A DNA stretch of 64,000 nt from an uncultured Cryomorphaceae bacterium (GCA_913056155.1 CAJXMT010000001.1:2976-66975), one strand, 5' to 3'; positions 27,287 through 37,470 are shown, counted from the first letter of the stretch. The notes: generated by a model from the letters alone, not told the origin. Numbers and translations are program-made.

Positions 27287-28540
27287 ATGCCTGAGCTAAG
27301 CTCTCCCTACTTTTTGCTCATCTCGGCGGGAATCATCATTGTACTGAGTTATTTTTACAATATCATCAGTCAAAAAACCAACATCCCATCGGTTTTAATG
27401 CTCATTGCCACGGGATTAGTCATTAAAATGCTGCTTGACGGTGCCGATCTTGAATCACTCAACCTCATGCCCATATTAGAACTTTTGGGAATTGTAGGAC
27501 TCATCATGATTGTACTGGAGGCCGCACTGGACCTCAACCTCAATAAGCAAAAACTACCGCTCATTGGAAAATCAATGCTGTTAGGCATACTAGGCGTGTT
27601 GATTACAGGAACAGCCGGCGTTTTTATCATCAAGCAATTTACTGAAGCCGACTGGCATCAAAGTATATTTTACGCCATACCGCCCGCCGTCATCAGCAGT
27701 GCCATTGTTATCCCTTCAGTAAGCAGCTTAAAAGAGGAACAGCGGGAGTTCCTTATTTACGAAAGTACCTTTAGCGATATTTTCGGCATCATGGTTTTTT
27801 ATTTTTTTGAAAGCTTTGTACAAGCCGACCAGACCGGTTCCATGCTCATATCATTCGGCTGGACTACGTTAGTTACCATCGTACTCTCTTTCATTCTCAG
27901 CTATATACTAGTATGGGCCTTTCAAAAAATAGAGTCGGGAGCCAAACTATTTTTACTCATTTCTGTACTCGTATTACTGTATTCGTTAGGTAAAATAATG
28001 CATTTATCATCACTACTCATTATTCTCACCTTTGGTTTGGTATTCAATAACCGCAAGCTGTTTTTTCAAGGAAAACTGAGTAAATTCATTAAACCCGTAG
28101 CCGTGCGCCGCATTTTGGTGGATTTCAGGCTTATTACCATTGAAACCGCATTTGTGGTGCGTACCTTTTTCTTTATCGTGTTTGGTATGACCATCGTTCT
28201 AAGCCAACTTGTAAGCCTCAAAGTTTTTTCAATCAGCATGTTGATGATGGCAGCCGTATTTGGAATCCGTTATATTTTACTTTACCTCATCGATAAAAAA
28301 TCCCTCAAAACCGAGGTTTGGATTGCACCGCGCGGTCTCATTACCATACTTTTGTTTTTCGCCATCCCCGCCGAATATCAAATAGAAGATTTTGAACCGG
28401 GCATTTTACTGTACATCATATTGGGTACAGGCGTTTTAATGTCCTACTCACTCATCAAAAACAAGCAAAAAGATATTTATGACGATCTTTTAGGCGACGA
28501 CCTTGACGACTTGGAAGAACGTGAAGATCAGAGTTTTTAA
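27287..28540 (+). CDS. cation:proton antiporter family protein
   Basis: 417 aa with about 11-12 TM segments and a Na+/H+ exchanger-like layout. The C-terminal tail is acidic. Confidence 0.7.
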   Translation: MPELSSPYFLLISAGIIIVLSYFYNIISQKTNIPSVLMLIATGLVIKMLLDGADLESLNLMPILELLGIVGLIMIVLEAALDLNLNKQKLPLIGKSMLLGILGVLITGTAGVFIIKQFTEADWHQSIFYAIPPAVISSAIVIPSVSSLKEEQREFLIYESTFSDIFGIMVFYFFESFVQADQTGSMLISFGWTTLVTIVLSFILSYILVWAFQKIESGAKLFLLISVLVLLYSLGKIMHLSSLLIILTFGLVFNNRKLFFQGKLSKFIKPVAVRRILVDFRLITIETAFVVRTFFFIVFGMTIVLSQLVSLKVFSISMLMMAAVFGIRYILLYLIDKKSLKTEVWIAPRGLITILLFFAIPAEYQIEDFEPGILLYIILGTGVLMSYSLIKNKQKDIYDDLLGDDLDDLEEREDQSF

Positions 28541-28568
28541 TTGACGCTGTCAATTGACCCCATTAAAA

Positions 28569-28582
28569 TCTTGGTCAGAACC
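28569..28582 (+). repeat. iterated 14-mer, 13/14 copy (TCTTGGTCAGAACC), intergenic
   Basis: Read directly. Forms a 12-bp inverted pair with 28702..28715. Confidence 0.75.
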
Positions 28583-28669
28583 CAAACTCTTCAGCCGATT
28601 CCCCGTGCAAAAAAACAAGTTAACATCCTTGTTTTGATAAAATAATAGTTCCACAAGTGCTGTGATGGT

Positions 28670-28677
28670 TACCTTTG
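28670..28677 (+). promoter_or_regulatory. Bacteroidota -7 box TACCTTTG
   Basis: Ends 61 nt upstream of the ATG at 28739. Located between the two inverted 14-mer copies. Confidence 0.35.
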
Positions 28678-28701
28678 TCGTTTGAATTGAAGAACATATT
28701 C

Positions 28702-28715
28702 GGTTCTGACCAAAA
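28702..28715 (-). repeat. iterated 14-mer, exact copy (intergenic)
   Basis: The plus strand reads GGTTCTGACCAAAA. Lies 24 nt upstream of the M23 peptidase start. Confidence 0.9.
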
Positions 28716-28738
28716 ACAGAAAGCCGAACCTATACAAG

Positions 28739-30034
28739 ATGAAGAAAAACACCCTTTTTTATATACTCGCCGGTGCAGCCGGACTCGTGATTCTATCCTT
28801 ATTTTTATGGGATAAAAACGATCATTCAAGTACTGAGTTATTGGCTGAAAACCATACGCAGAATACTAAAAATGATACACTTACAGAGATTGAACCCACT
28901 ATTGAATACGGTTTACAAACCGACTCATTTTCTGTATTTAAGGGAACGATAAAACGCAATCAATTTTTAGCTGATATTTTATTGGGCTACAACGTAACCT
29001 ACCCCGAAATTGACGCTATGGTAAAAAGCGCCGCCGATATTTTTGATGTGCGCCGCATAAAATCAGGTGGAAACTACGCAGTTTATTGCAGTAATGACTC
29101 TACCGGGAAAGCCAAATGCTTTGTTTACGAAACCAACCCTACGGAATATGTGGTTTTTGATTTAAGAGACTCAATTAGTGTTTATAAGGGTGAAAAGGAA
29201 GTTACTGTTAAGCGCAATCAGGCATCCGGTATTATTACCTCATCACTGTTCAACGCACTTACCGATAACAATTTAAGTCCGGTACTCGCCATGGAGCTAA
29301 GTGAAATTTACGCTTGGACTATTGACTTTTACCGCATTCAAAAAGGCGACTTTTTCAAAATTATTTTTGATGAGCACTACGTGGGTGATAAATTTATAGG
29401 CATTGGTAAAATTCATGCTTCACAATTTAACCACTCGGGAAATGATTTTTACGCTTTTCATTATGAAAAAAGTGAACATCCCGATTATTACGATGAACGC
29501 GGTGAGAGTTTACGCAAAGCCTTTTTGCAATCACCCGTAAAGTTTGGCCGTATTTCATCGGGCTACACTTTGCGCAGGTTTCACCCTGTTCAAAAACGCA
29601 ACAAACCCCACTTGGGTACTGATTATGCAGCGCCCAAAGGAACTCCTATTTTAAGTACAGGTGACGGTGTGGTCACTCATGCCAGATACGCCAAATATAA
29701 TGGGAATTACGTAAAAGTACGGCACAACTCCACCTACACTACGCAGTATTTACACATGTCTCAAATTAAAGGCGGTATAAAGCCCGGAAAAAAAGTAAGA
29801 CAGGGTGACGTCATTGGTTACGTGGGATCAACAGGATTAGCAACGGGCCCCCATGTTTGCTACCGCTTTTGGAAAAACGGCAAGCAAGTGAATCACCGCA
29901 AGGAAAAACTTCCGCCTTCTAAACCGGTAGAGGAAACATTGAGCGAAGATTTTATGGATTTTGCCAACGAACTGAAAAATCAACTCAAGCAAATTCCCGT
30001 GAAGGCCGAAACTGCTCAACCGGAGTTGAGCTAA
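28739..30034 (+). CDS. M23 family peptidoglycan metalloendopeptidase
   Basis: HLGTDYAAPKGTPI and GSTGLATGPHVCYRF motifs, plus an N-terminal membrane anchor. Confidence 0.8.
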   Translation: MKKNTLFYILAGAAGLVILSLFLWDKNDHSSTELLAENHTQNTKNDTLTEIEPTIEYGLQTDSFSVFKGTIKRNQFLADILLGYNVTYPEIDAMVKSAADIFDVRRIKSGGNYAVYCSNDSTGKAKCFVYETNPTEYVVFDLRDSISVYKGEKEVTVKRNQASGIITSSLFNALTDNNLSPVLAMELSEIYAWTIDFYRIQKGDFFKIIFDEHYVGDKFIGIGKIHASQFNHSGNDFYAFHYEKSEHPDYYDERGESLRKAFLQSPVKFGRISSGYTLRRFHPVQKRNKPHLGTDYAAPKGTPILSTGDGVVTHARYAKYNGNYVKVRHNSTYTTQYLHMSQIKGGIKPGKKVRQGDVIGYVGSTGLATGPHVCYRFWKNGKQVNHRKEKLPPSKPVEETLSEDFMDFANELKNQLKQIPVKAETAQPELS

Positions 30035-30049
30035 AAGGCGCCGGCCCGT

Positions 30050-31891
30050 CTATTTCCTGTTTTCACGCTCGATCAAATCGGCAATAGATACTGCGTCAAA
30101 ACCGCATTGCGCCTGTTGTTGGGACTGAGTAGCGTGCTCAATTACCTGATCCGGAATTCCCAATCTCACTATTTTCTTACCAAGCCCTTTTTCGGCAGCA
30201 TATTCACAAACAGCACTGCCTAAGCCGCCCGTTGTAGAGGCGTCCTCAACGGTAATGAGCGTTTCGAATTTCTCAAACACTTCATCGAGAAGCTCTGTAT
30301 CAAGAGGCTTCAAAAACCGCATATCAAAATGAGCCGGTAAGGCGATCCCCCGTGATGCTAATAATTCGCGGGCTTTTATAACATTTTGAGCCGCCGTACC
30401 CAAACTCAATACGGCAATTTTTTCTCCTTTTGAAATTTGAATACCTCGCCCTATTGGCATTTTACTATTTGGTGGGGTTTGATACTTATTTAAAAATCCA
30501 CGCCCGCGCGGGTAACGAATAGCTGCCGGGCCTGTTAAGTCGTCACTTGCCGCTAAAAACATCATATCAACCAGCTCCTGCTCATTTCGAGGGGCGGCAA
30601 TAGTCATATTGGGAATTACCCTCAAAAAAGCCAAATCATAAGCCCCTTGATGGGTAGCGCCATCCTCACCTACTAAACCTGCACGGTCAATACAAAAAAT
30701 CACTTTGAGATTTTGCACGGCGACATCATGAATGAGTTGGTCGTATCCGCGTTGTAAAAAAGTACTGTAAATGACACAATACGGTAAGAACCCGCCCCGA
30801 GCCAATCCGGCCGAGAATGTAACGGCGTGTTGCTCGGCAATTCCAACATCAAAGGCTCTTTCGGGAAATTCTTTCATCAAATACGTGAGGGAACTACCGG
30901 TGGGCATGGCAGGGGTAATACCCACAATACGCGAATATGATCGTGCTAATTCAACCAACGTTTTGCCAAATACATCTTGAAATTTATCGGGCTTTTCTGC
31001 TTTTCCCGCGTGTTTTAAAACCTTTCCTGTTTTTGCATCAAACAATCCGGGAGCGTGCCACTTTGTGGGGTTTCCTTTTTCTGCCGGTGCGTAGCCCTTA
31101 CCCTTGACGGTAAGCGTGTGTAAAATTTTAGGTCCCGGAATGGTTTTCAGCTTCTCAAAAACTTCTGCAAGAAAGACGGTATCATGACCGTCAACCGGCC
31201 CGAAGTATTTGATTCCCAAATCCTCAAAAATATTGGTTTCCTCAGCTTTTTTATAGGGTTCTGACCAAAGCTGCTCTTTTATTTTATCGGGATTTTGGTG
31301 GTATTTTGCTGCTGATTTTTGTAAAAACGTATTGAGCGCTCCAACGCTGGGATCAATGCTCATGCAATTATCATTGAGCACAATCAAAACGTCATAAGCG
31401 GAGTCTCCCAAATGATTGAGCGCTTCAAACGACATACCCGCCTGCATGGATGCATCGCCGATTAAAGCAAGGTGTTTGCGGTGTATACGGGCATTTTTTG
31501 CGGAGGCAGCTAAACCCAATACGGCACTTATAGAGGTTGAAGAATGACCGGTGCCAAAAGTGTCATACTCACTTTCCTCGATCTTAGGGAAACCCGAAAG
31601 GCCGCCTTTTTTGCGAAGCGAATGAAAATCACGACTGCGCCCTGTAAGTATTTTGTGCCCGTATGCTTGATGTCCCACATCCCAAATTATTTTGTCGAAG
31701 GGAGTGTTATACACAAAATGAAGAGCCACCGTTAGTTCAACGGTTCCTAAACTAGCTCCCAAATGACCACCGGCTTGCGACACCACATCAATGATGCGCT
31801 CTCGCAAAGATTGAGCAACTTGAACAAGTTCATGTTTTTCAAGTTTTCGCAGGTCTTCGGGAAACTGTATTTTATCTAATAATTCACCCAT
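30050..31891 (-). CDS. dxs: 1-deoxy-D-xylulose-5-phosphate synthase
   Basis: GHLGASLG, the GDASMQAGMSFEALN TPP motif, and transketolase-like C-terminal domains. The start is set at MGELLDKI because the tracked 5' extension overlaps the upstream terminator. Confidence 0.9.
   Translation of the reverse strand: MGELLDKIQFPEDLRKLEKHELVQVAQSLRERIIDVVSQAGGHLGASLGTVELTVALHFVYNTPFDKIIWDVGHQAYGHKILTGRSRDFHSLRKKGGLSGFPKIEESEYDTFGTGHSSTSISAVLGLAASAKNARIHRKHLALIGDASMQAGMSFEALNHLGDSAYDVLIVLNDNCMSIDPSVGALNTFLQKSAAKYHQNPDKIKEQLWSEPYKKAEETNIFEDLGIKYFGPVDGHDTVFLAEVFEKLKTIPGPKILHTLTVKGKGYAPAEKGNPTKWHAPGLFDAKTGKVLKHAGKAEKPDKFQDVFGKTLVELARSYSRIVGITPAMPTGSSLTYLMKEFPERAFDVGIAEQHAVTFSAGLARGGFLPYCVIYSTFLQRGYDQLIHDVAVQNLKVIFCIDRAGLVGEDGATHQGAYDLAFLRVIPNMTIAAPRNEQELVDMMFLAASDDLTGPAAIRYPRGRGFLNKYQTPPNSKMPIGRGIQISKGEKIAVLSLGTAAQNVIKARELLASRGIALPAHFDMRFLKPLDTELLDEVFEKFETLITVEDASTTGGLGSAVCEYAAEKGLGKKIVRLGIPDQVIEHATQSQQQAQCGFDAVSIADLIERENRK
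31257..31270 (-). repeat. iterated 14-mer, 13/14 copy inside the dxs CDS
   Basis: The plus strand reads GGTTCTGACCAAAG. The gene strand encodes L-W-S-E-P. Confidence 0.7.
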
Positions 31892-31944
31892 ATTTACATG
31901 TGCAATATTACAATCACCGGGCTGAATAGTTTGGCATGTTTTTA

Positions 31945-31981
31945 AAAATAAAAAGCCCCGGCTGCTCAACCGGGGCTTTTT
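31945..31981 (-). terminator. intrinsic terminator after the Cys/Lys-rich gene
   Basis: GCCCCGG...CCGGGGC stem followed on the minus strand by TTTTTATTTTT. Confidence 0.75.
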
Positions 31982-32000
31982 CAATTCAAGTAAAATTCAT

Positions 32001-32354
32001 TTATTTTTTACCGTGAGCACAGCATCCGCCTTTTTTACCTTTCCCTTTTTTAGAGCAAGAGGATTTTCTCGATTGCTTATCGGCTTTTTTACTTTCCTTA
32101 GCATCTGCTTTTTTCGCGTTTTCTTTTTTATTCTCTTCTTTCTTTTTGTCACCTTTATTTTGAGCTAACGCTTTGGCCTCACATTTTTTCGCGCACTCTT
32201 CTTTTTCCTCAGCAGTACATTCCTTCGTACATTCATCTGCACATTTATCACAGCAGTCTGCCGCTAAAACGGGCGCTGAAATTAGGAGTATAAGGCTAAA
32301 AATAAAACTGCTAATCACATTTGCTTTCTTCATAGTTGAACGGTTTTTTGCCAT
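32001..32354 (-). CDS. small secreted Cys-, Lys- and Glu-rich low-complexity protein
   Basis: Signal peptide (start may be the internal MKKANV). Mature part CCDKCADECTKECTAEEKEECAKKCE...GGCCAHGKK. Confidence 0.5.
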   Translation of the reverse strand: MAKNRSTMKKANVISSFIFSLILLISAPVLAADCCDKCADECTKECTAEEKEECAKKCEAKALAQNKGDKKKEENKKENAKKADAKESKKADKQSRKSSCSKKGKGKKGGCCAHGKK

Positions 32355-32463
32355 TTATACAGCAAATATAGCGGATTTTCTTTTGAATAAACATTTTAGG
32401 AGCCTCTTTTATTTATCAAGTGTGCGAAAAACGCGTACTATTGCGTGCCGAAATTCAAACACC

Positions 32464-33399
32464 ATGATTGATTACTCATCCAAACCTGTACAATACATCA
32501 CCTTAGTGCTTTTGGCGTTTACCTGGGGATCATCCTTTATCTTGATGAAGCGCGGCTTAATGGCATTTACCCCGGAGGAAATAGCAGCATACCGCATCGT
32601 TTGTACAACTGCCGTTTTACTTCCCTTTGCGGGAAAACACTTCAAGGTTTTTAGAGGAAAAGACGCCGGCGCACTCTTTTTAACCGGCCTTTTTGGCGCT
32701 TTATTTCCCTACTTTTTGTTTGTTAAAGCACAAACACAAATCGACAGTTCTTTAACGGGCATACTCAATTCAACCACGCCCATTTTCGCACTATTACTAT
32801 CTGTTTTTTTGTTCAAGCAAAAGGTTAAGCCGTTGAGCGGCTTGGGTGTTTTAGCCGGTTTTATCGGAGCTGCGGGCCTGGTTGCTTTTGGCAGTGAAAA
32901 CACCTTTGATTGGAATGCTTTTAATATTTACACGCTATTACCGGTATTAGGAGCCGCTTGTTACGGCGCCAATGTAAACATTGTTAAGCTGTATTTAAAT
33001 AACATGAAACCCATGGCCATATCAGCCCTTTCCTTTTTATCCGTCATGCCCTTTGCGCTGGTATACCTCATTTTCTATACCGATTTTTTTAGTAAAATGG
33101 CAATTGCAGATTCCCAAACCCTGTCATCATTCGGGTACATCACAATTTTGGCCGTAGCAGGTACTGCGATAGCCGTTTTGATATTCAATAACCTCATCAA
33201 ACATACGGGAGCTTTAACAGCCTCAAGCGTTACCTACATGATTCCGTTATTTGCTATTTTATGGGGAGTTCTCGATGGTGAATCCTTCACCTTCATTCGG
33301 TTTTTATTTGCTCTTTTAATTCTCACCGGCGTAGGGTTAATCAACACCAACCGCACTTTAGCTGAATTTCGCGCCAAGGTTCTGAATAAAATGCCATAG
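32464..33399 (+). CDS. EamA/DMT family transporter
   Basis: 10-TM pattern with two EamA-like halves. The start is set at MIDYSSKP because the tracked 5' extension is antisense to the previous gene. Confidence 0.75.
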   Translation: MIDYSSKPVQYITLVLLAFTWGSSFILMKRGLMAFTPEEIAAYRIVCTTAVLLPFAGKHFKVFRGKDAGALFLTGLFGALFPYFLFVKAQTQIDSSLTGILNSTTPIFALLLSVFLFKQKVKPLSGLGVLAGFIGAAGLVAFGSENTFDWNAFNIYTLLPVLGAACYGANVNIVKLYLNNMKPMAISALSFLSVMPFALVYLIFYTDFFSKMAIADSQTLSSFGYITILAVAGTAIAVLIFNNLIKHTGALTASSVTYMIPLFAILWGVLDGESFTFIRFLFALLILTGVGLINTNRTLAEFRAKVLNKMP

Positions 33400-33457
33400 C
33401 GCGCCGGACGGTAAAAAATCTTATAAACCATCACATCAAACACTTTAAAGTCTCGGT

Positions 33458-33471
33458 TTTTGGTCAGAACC
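33458..33471 (+). repeat. iterated 14-mer, exact copy with the full dyad TTTTGGTCAGAACCAAAA (intergenic)
   Basis: Read directly. Lies 111 nt upstream of bcp. Confidence 0.9.
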
Positions 33472-33541
33472 AAAACTTGCAAAAGCCTGTACTGATTCCC
33501 GGCACAGGCCTTTAAATAACAGCAAATACCAAACTAATTTG

Positions 33542-33549
33542 TACATTTG
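33542..33549 (+). promoter_or_regulatory. Bacteroidota -7 box TACATTTG
   Basis: Ends 33 nt upstream of the ATG at 33582. Confidence 0.45.
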
Positions 33550-33581
33550 TTGTTATCCTTGAAAATCAAAAACTTTAAAAT

Positions 33582-34040
33582 ATGACAACTTTAGAAACAG
33601 GAGATAAAGCACCTCATTTTGAGGGCTCTGATCAAAACGGAAATACCATTTCATTGAGTGATTACAGCGGTAAAAAAGTGATTCTTTACTTTTACCCGAA
33701 GGATATGACCCCCGGCTGCACAAAAGAAGCCTGCAATTTGCGCGATCACAATGATGTATTGAAGGAAAAGGGTTTTGAAATCATAGGCGTATCAGCAGAT
33801 GATGAAAAAAAACACGCTAAATTCGCCGAAAAATATGATTTGAACTTCCCGCTTTTAGCCGATACGGAAAAAGAGGTCATAAAAGCCTACGGGGTTTGGG
33901 GACCTAAAACATTTATGGGTAAAACCAATGACGGTATTCACCGCACAACCTTTGTTATTGACGAAAAAGGTAAAATAGAAAACGTTTTTAAAAAGGTCAA
34001 AACGAAAGAACACGCCGAGCAAATATTAGAAAAATACTGA
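33582..34040 (+). CDS. bcp: thioredoxin-dependent thiol peroxidase (peroxiredoxin Bcp)
   Basis: YFYPKDMTPGCTKEAC peroxidatic-Cys motif. Confidence 0.85.
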   Translation: MTTLETGDKAPHFEGSDQNGNTISLSDYSGKKVILYFYPKDMTPGCTKEACNLRDHNDVLKEKGFEIIGVSADDEKKHAKFAEKYDLNFPLLADTEKEVIKAYGVWGPKTFMGKTNDGIHRTTFVIDEKGKIENVFKKVKTKEHAEQILEKY

Positions 34041-34117
34041 TTTGTTTTCCACCGTAAATACATTATGTTGGCGCACTTCACCTTTGCAGCCGCACAAAAA
34101 ACTAAAATAACAACGAT

Positions 34118-35152
34118 ATGGCAAAAGACGTAGCAAAAGAAAAATTAAAAGCCCTGCAGATGACAATGGATCGTATGGAAAAAACATACGGTAAAGGTTC
34201 CATTATGAAATTGGGCGATCAAGTAATAGAAGATGTAGAAGCCATTCCCACGGGCTCGCTCACTTTGGATTTAGCACTTGGTGTGGGCGGCTTTCCCCGC
34301 GGGCGAATAGTTGAAATATACGGTCCTGAGTCATCGGGAAAAACCACGGTGGCCATTCACGCTATTGCAGAAGTTCAAAAACAAGGTGGAATTGCCGCAT
34401 TTATTGATGCTGAGCACGCCTTTGACCGTTCTTACGCCGATGCATTGGGTGTTGACACGGAGAATTTACTTATTTCACAACCCGATAACGGAGAGCAAGC
34501 ACTTGAAATCACTGAAAATTTAATTCGATCGGGGGCTATCGATTTAATAGTAATTGACTCTGTAGCTGCTTTAACACCCAAGGCAGAAATTGAGGGTGAA
34601 ATGGGCGACTCTAAAATGGGCTTGCAAGCTCGCCTTATGTCTCAAGCTTTACGTAAGTTGACGGGAACGGTTAGCCGAACGCATTGCACTGCCATTTTCA
34701 TTAACCAGTTAAGGGAAAAAATAGGCGTTATGTTCGGGAATCCCGAGACTACCACAGGCGGTAATGCACTCAAATTTTACTCCTCAGTAAGGTTGGATAT
34801 TCGACGTGCCGGGCAATTAAAATCAGGTGATGAAGTGTTGGGTAATACCACAAAAGTAAAAGTCATTAAAAATAAAGTAGCACCGCCGTTCAAAAAAGCT
34901 CAATTCGATATTATGTACGGTAAAGGAATTTCGAAAGAAGGCGAAATTATTGACATGGGCGTGGAGATGAATATCATCAAAAAAAGCGGTTCTTGGTTTT
35001 CATACGGAGATACAAAGTTGGGACAAGGCCGCGATGCGGTGAAGCAATTACTTGAAGATAACCCCGATTTAATGGACGAATTGGAAAATAAAATTAAAGA
35101 CAGCTTATCCCCTGACGCTAAAGAAGCAGCGGAACCTGCAAATGAGAATTAA
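34118..35152 (+). CDS. recA: recombinase RecA
   Basis: Walker [10 protein letters not shown], the [14 protein letters not shown] motif and the [28 protein letters not shown] region. Confidence 0.95.
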   Translation: MAKDVAKEKLKALQMTMDRMEKTYGKGSIMKLGDQVIEDVEAIPTGSLTLDLALGVGGFPRGRIVEIYGPESSGKTTVAIHAIAEVQKQGGIAAFIDAEHAFDRSYADALGVDTENLLISQPDNGEQALEITENLIRSGAIDLIVIDSVAALTPKAEIEGEMGDSKMGLQARLMSQALRKLTGTVSRTHCTAIFINQLREKIGVMFGNPETTTGGNALKFYSSVRLDIRRAGQLKSGDEVLGNTTKVKVIKNKVAPPFKKAQFDIMYGKGISKEGEIIDMGVEMNIIKKSGSWFSYGDTKLGQGRDAVKQLLEDNPDLMDELENKIKDSLSPDAKEAAEPANEN

Positions 35153-35202
35153 AATTGCGAGTTGACATTAATCTCGACTTGACTAATTTTGTAACCACTT
35201 AA

Positions 35203-35235
35203 ACAGGCTGCCTTTTGGCGGCCTGTATTTTTTTT
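35203..35235 (+). terminator. intrinsic terminator after recA
   Basis: ACAGGCTGCC-TTTT-GGCGGCCTGT followed by ATTTTTTTT. Confidence 0.75.
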
Positions 35236-35251
35236 ACAAAGCCCATTTATT

Positions 35252-36283
35252 ATGAAGTACAACCTTTTCATTTTTGTCGCCTTAATAGGCATTTACGCGT
35301 GTGGTGAAAACACGAGGAATGCATCGTCCGATTCTCAAGAGTTAACTGAAGAACCCATGAAAACCGGTGTTGATTCCGTAGTTTTTTACAATGAGTTAAT
35401 TCAAAAAAGTCCTGATGATGCCGGATTGTACTTTAAAAAGGCTCGCTATTTAGAGGCTCGACGCAATTACAATGATGCACTAAACACATTATATCAGGTT
35501 GAGAAAATTGACAGTGCCAATGCGGATCTTTTTGCTTTTATGGCTGATTTACACTATAAATTGAAAAATATAAATGAATCAAGATCTGCAGCTGAACGTG
35601 CTTTGAATATAGATGAAAACCATATGAAAGCCAACAAGCGAAAAGCATGGATTTATTTTTTATTGAAAGATTACGAAAATACATTTAAGTCAGTTAATAA
35701 AGCACTGGCACAAAATGAACGCGACGCGGAATGCTATTTCCTCAAAGGTATGGCTTACAAAGAGCAAGAGAAGCTCAAACTTGCTGTTTCCTCTTTCAGA
35801 ACCGCAGTTGAACAGGACAACGATTATTACAATGCTTGGATTCAATTAGGTTTACTGCACTCTTTGGCTAACCACGAGCATACGGCTTATTACTACGACA
35901 ATGCCATACGTATAGATTCTACGAAATACGAAGGGCACTACAACAAGGCTTATTTTTTGCAAGAATCTAAAGGCGAATACCGGGAAGCACTTAAAAGCTA
36001 TGATGCTATTTTGCGGCACAACCCCAATTTTTATAATGCCTATTTCAATAAGGGCTATATTTACTTGGAGTATTTGGATGTGTATGACAGTGCACAAATG
36101 ATGTTTACACGCGTTGTAGAAATAAATCCTTCAAGTTATAAAGCATACTTGAACAGGGGACTTGCTTATGAAAGGCAAGGTGATTTACAGCGCGCCATTG
36201 CTGACATTAATAAAGCGCTTAAAATGAAGCCGGATTATGACTTGGCCGCCGAGACGAAAAGCCGAGTATCAGGCAAAATGTAA
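35252..36283 (+). CDS. TPR-repeat lipoprotein
   Basis: Lipoprotein signal (IGIYAC) and about 8 TPR-like units. Confidence 0.7.
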   Translation: MKYNLFIFVALIGIYACGENTRNASSDSQELTEEPMKTGVDSVVFYNELIQKSPDDAGLYFKKARYLEARRNYNDALNTLYQVEKIDSANADLFAFMADLHYKLKNINESRSAAERALNIDENHMKANKRKAWIYFLLKDYENTFKSVNKALAQNERDAECYFLKGMAYKEQEKLKLAVSSFRTAVEQDNDYYNAWIQLGLLHSLANHEHTAYYYDNAIRIDSTKYEGHYNKAYFLQESKGEYREALKSYDAILRHNPNFYNAYFNKGYIYLEYLDVYDSAQMMFTRVVEINPSSYKAYLNRGLAYERQGDLQRAIADINKALKMKPDYDLAAETKSRVSGKM

Positions 36284-36305
36284 AAGAGCTTCACTCCTTG
36301 TTTTT

Positions 36306-37424
36306 TCAGGTTACATCAAAGGAAGATATAAACCAAGGCTTTTCCTTAATTTGTTCGTATTGTTCGTCGGTAAGGTTTAGGTTGTTTACCACAACCGCGT
36401 TTGGTGAGGGACTATAAAACCTTTTGATCCAGCCTAGGTCTCCTGTTTGCATCAGCATTTTGTAATAAGGTGACTCCGTGTCAAACCACATCAAAGCCAG
36501 TTTAAGCTGAAACTCATTTAAAAGTGATTCAAACAAGTTAATTAACACATGCTCTTTTCCCGGCAAACAATACAAGTGATCAAAACTGATGAAACGCAAG
36601 TTTTTCACATCCAGAATTTTACTCGATAAACCCGTCGATTCTAGAACTTTCACTACGTTATTAAACACTTTACTTCCCGTGTTCTCAATATGAAACATAC
36701 AATCGTTTACTTGGCAGGCTGCTATAATTTCACCGTTATCTCCTTTTACGGTGAAGAAATTATCATGATGAAATAAATAATGAAATTGTAGTGCGTTGTG
36801 ATTTGCGTAATGCTTGTTGAGCAGCTTCCTTATGCTTTCTTTTTCATCCTCACACACCTTTGAAAACTCAACTTTTTTTCGCGGTTTCAATCGCGTAAAG
36901 GGCAAGGTTTGAAACAACCGCATAATTTGAAAACTAAACCCTAGGGCATGGTGTAAACTCCTCATGTTATCGGGCTCGATGTAAGCGAAACTTATTGCGG
37001 GGTCTTGAATGTTTTCACCATAACCCACACCGTTAGAGGCGGGATGACCGGCCATAATACGACTTATTAATTTTTTTACTATGCTGTTGCCTTTAGTCTC
37101 TCGATTTTGATCTTCTGATGTTTTATAATCACTCCTAAAAGCGAAGTATCTTACATAATAGGCATTGCACCGGCCAAAAGCCATCATTGTTTCATACCCG
37201 CCGAAGGTTACATTCGCGATAATTTTGTTTTTGCGCGATATCCAAAGGTGATAAGGCCGGTGCAAGTACCCCAGGCGATCGTCTACTCTACCGTGAGTGT
37301 ACTTTAAGCCCTTTGTTCCCAGCATAGTATCTTTGATAAGCTCAGAAAGACCCACCGGCTCAGTCTCTGTGGTGAGTTTGATTAAAATTGAGGCTCTATC
37401 GAATAGTACTTTTTCCATTATCAA
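36306..37424 (-). CDS. hypothetical protein (no family recognised)
   Basis: 372-aa cytoplasmic ORF with good coding character. Confidence 0.5.
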   Translation of the reverse strand: MIMEKVLFDRASILIKLTTETEPVGLSELIKDTMLGTKGLKYTHGRVDDRLGYLHRPYHLWISRKNKIIANVTFGGYETMMAFGRCNAYYVRYFAFRSDYKTSEDQNRETKGNSIVKKLISRIMAGHPASNGVGYGENIQDPAISFAYIEPDNMRSLHHALGFSFQIMRLFQTLPFTRLKPRKKVEFSKVCEDEKESIRKLLNKHYANHNALQFHYLFHHDNFFTVKGDNGEIIAACQVNDCMFHIENTGSKVFNNVVKVLESTGLSSKILDVKNLRFISFDHLYCLPGKEHVLINLFESLLNEFQLKLALMWFDTESPYYKMLMQTGDLGWIKRFYSPSPNAVVVNNLNLTDEQYEQIKEKPWFISSFDVT

Positions 37425-37470
37425 GTTGCACTTACGGTGCGGGGAAAAGGGTGTTTTGCTTTTGGATTGG

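Noticed and set aside
31892-31984. 5' extension of dxs (MKKPRLSSRGFLFL...)
   Set aside because: It overlaps the terminator hairpin of the upstream gene. The conserved DXS N-terminus starts at MGELLDKI.
32173-32463. 5' extension of the EamA transporter ORF (the tracked 408-aa version)
   Set aside because: The extension is antisense to the Cys/Lys-rich gene and is a low-complexity mirror of it. The transporter-like sequence begins at the ATG at 32464.
35185-35192. TAATTTTG match upstream of the TPR lipoprotein gene
   Set aside because: It lies upstream of the recA terminator hairpin (35203-35235), so a transcript starting there would be terminated. It is probably a chance match.
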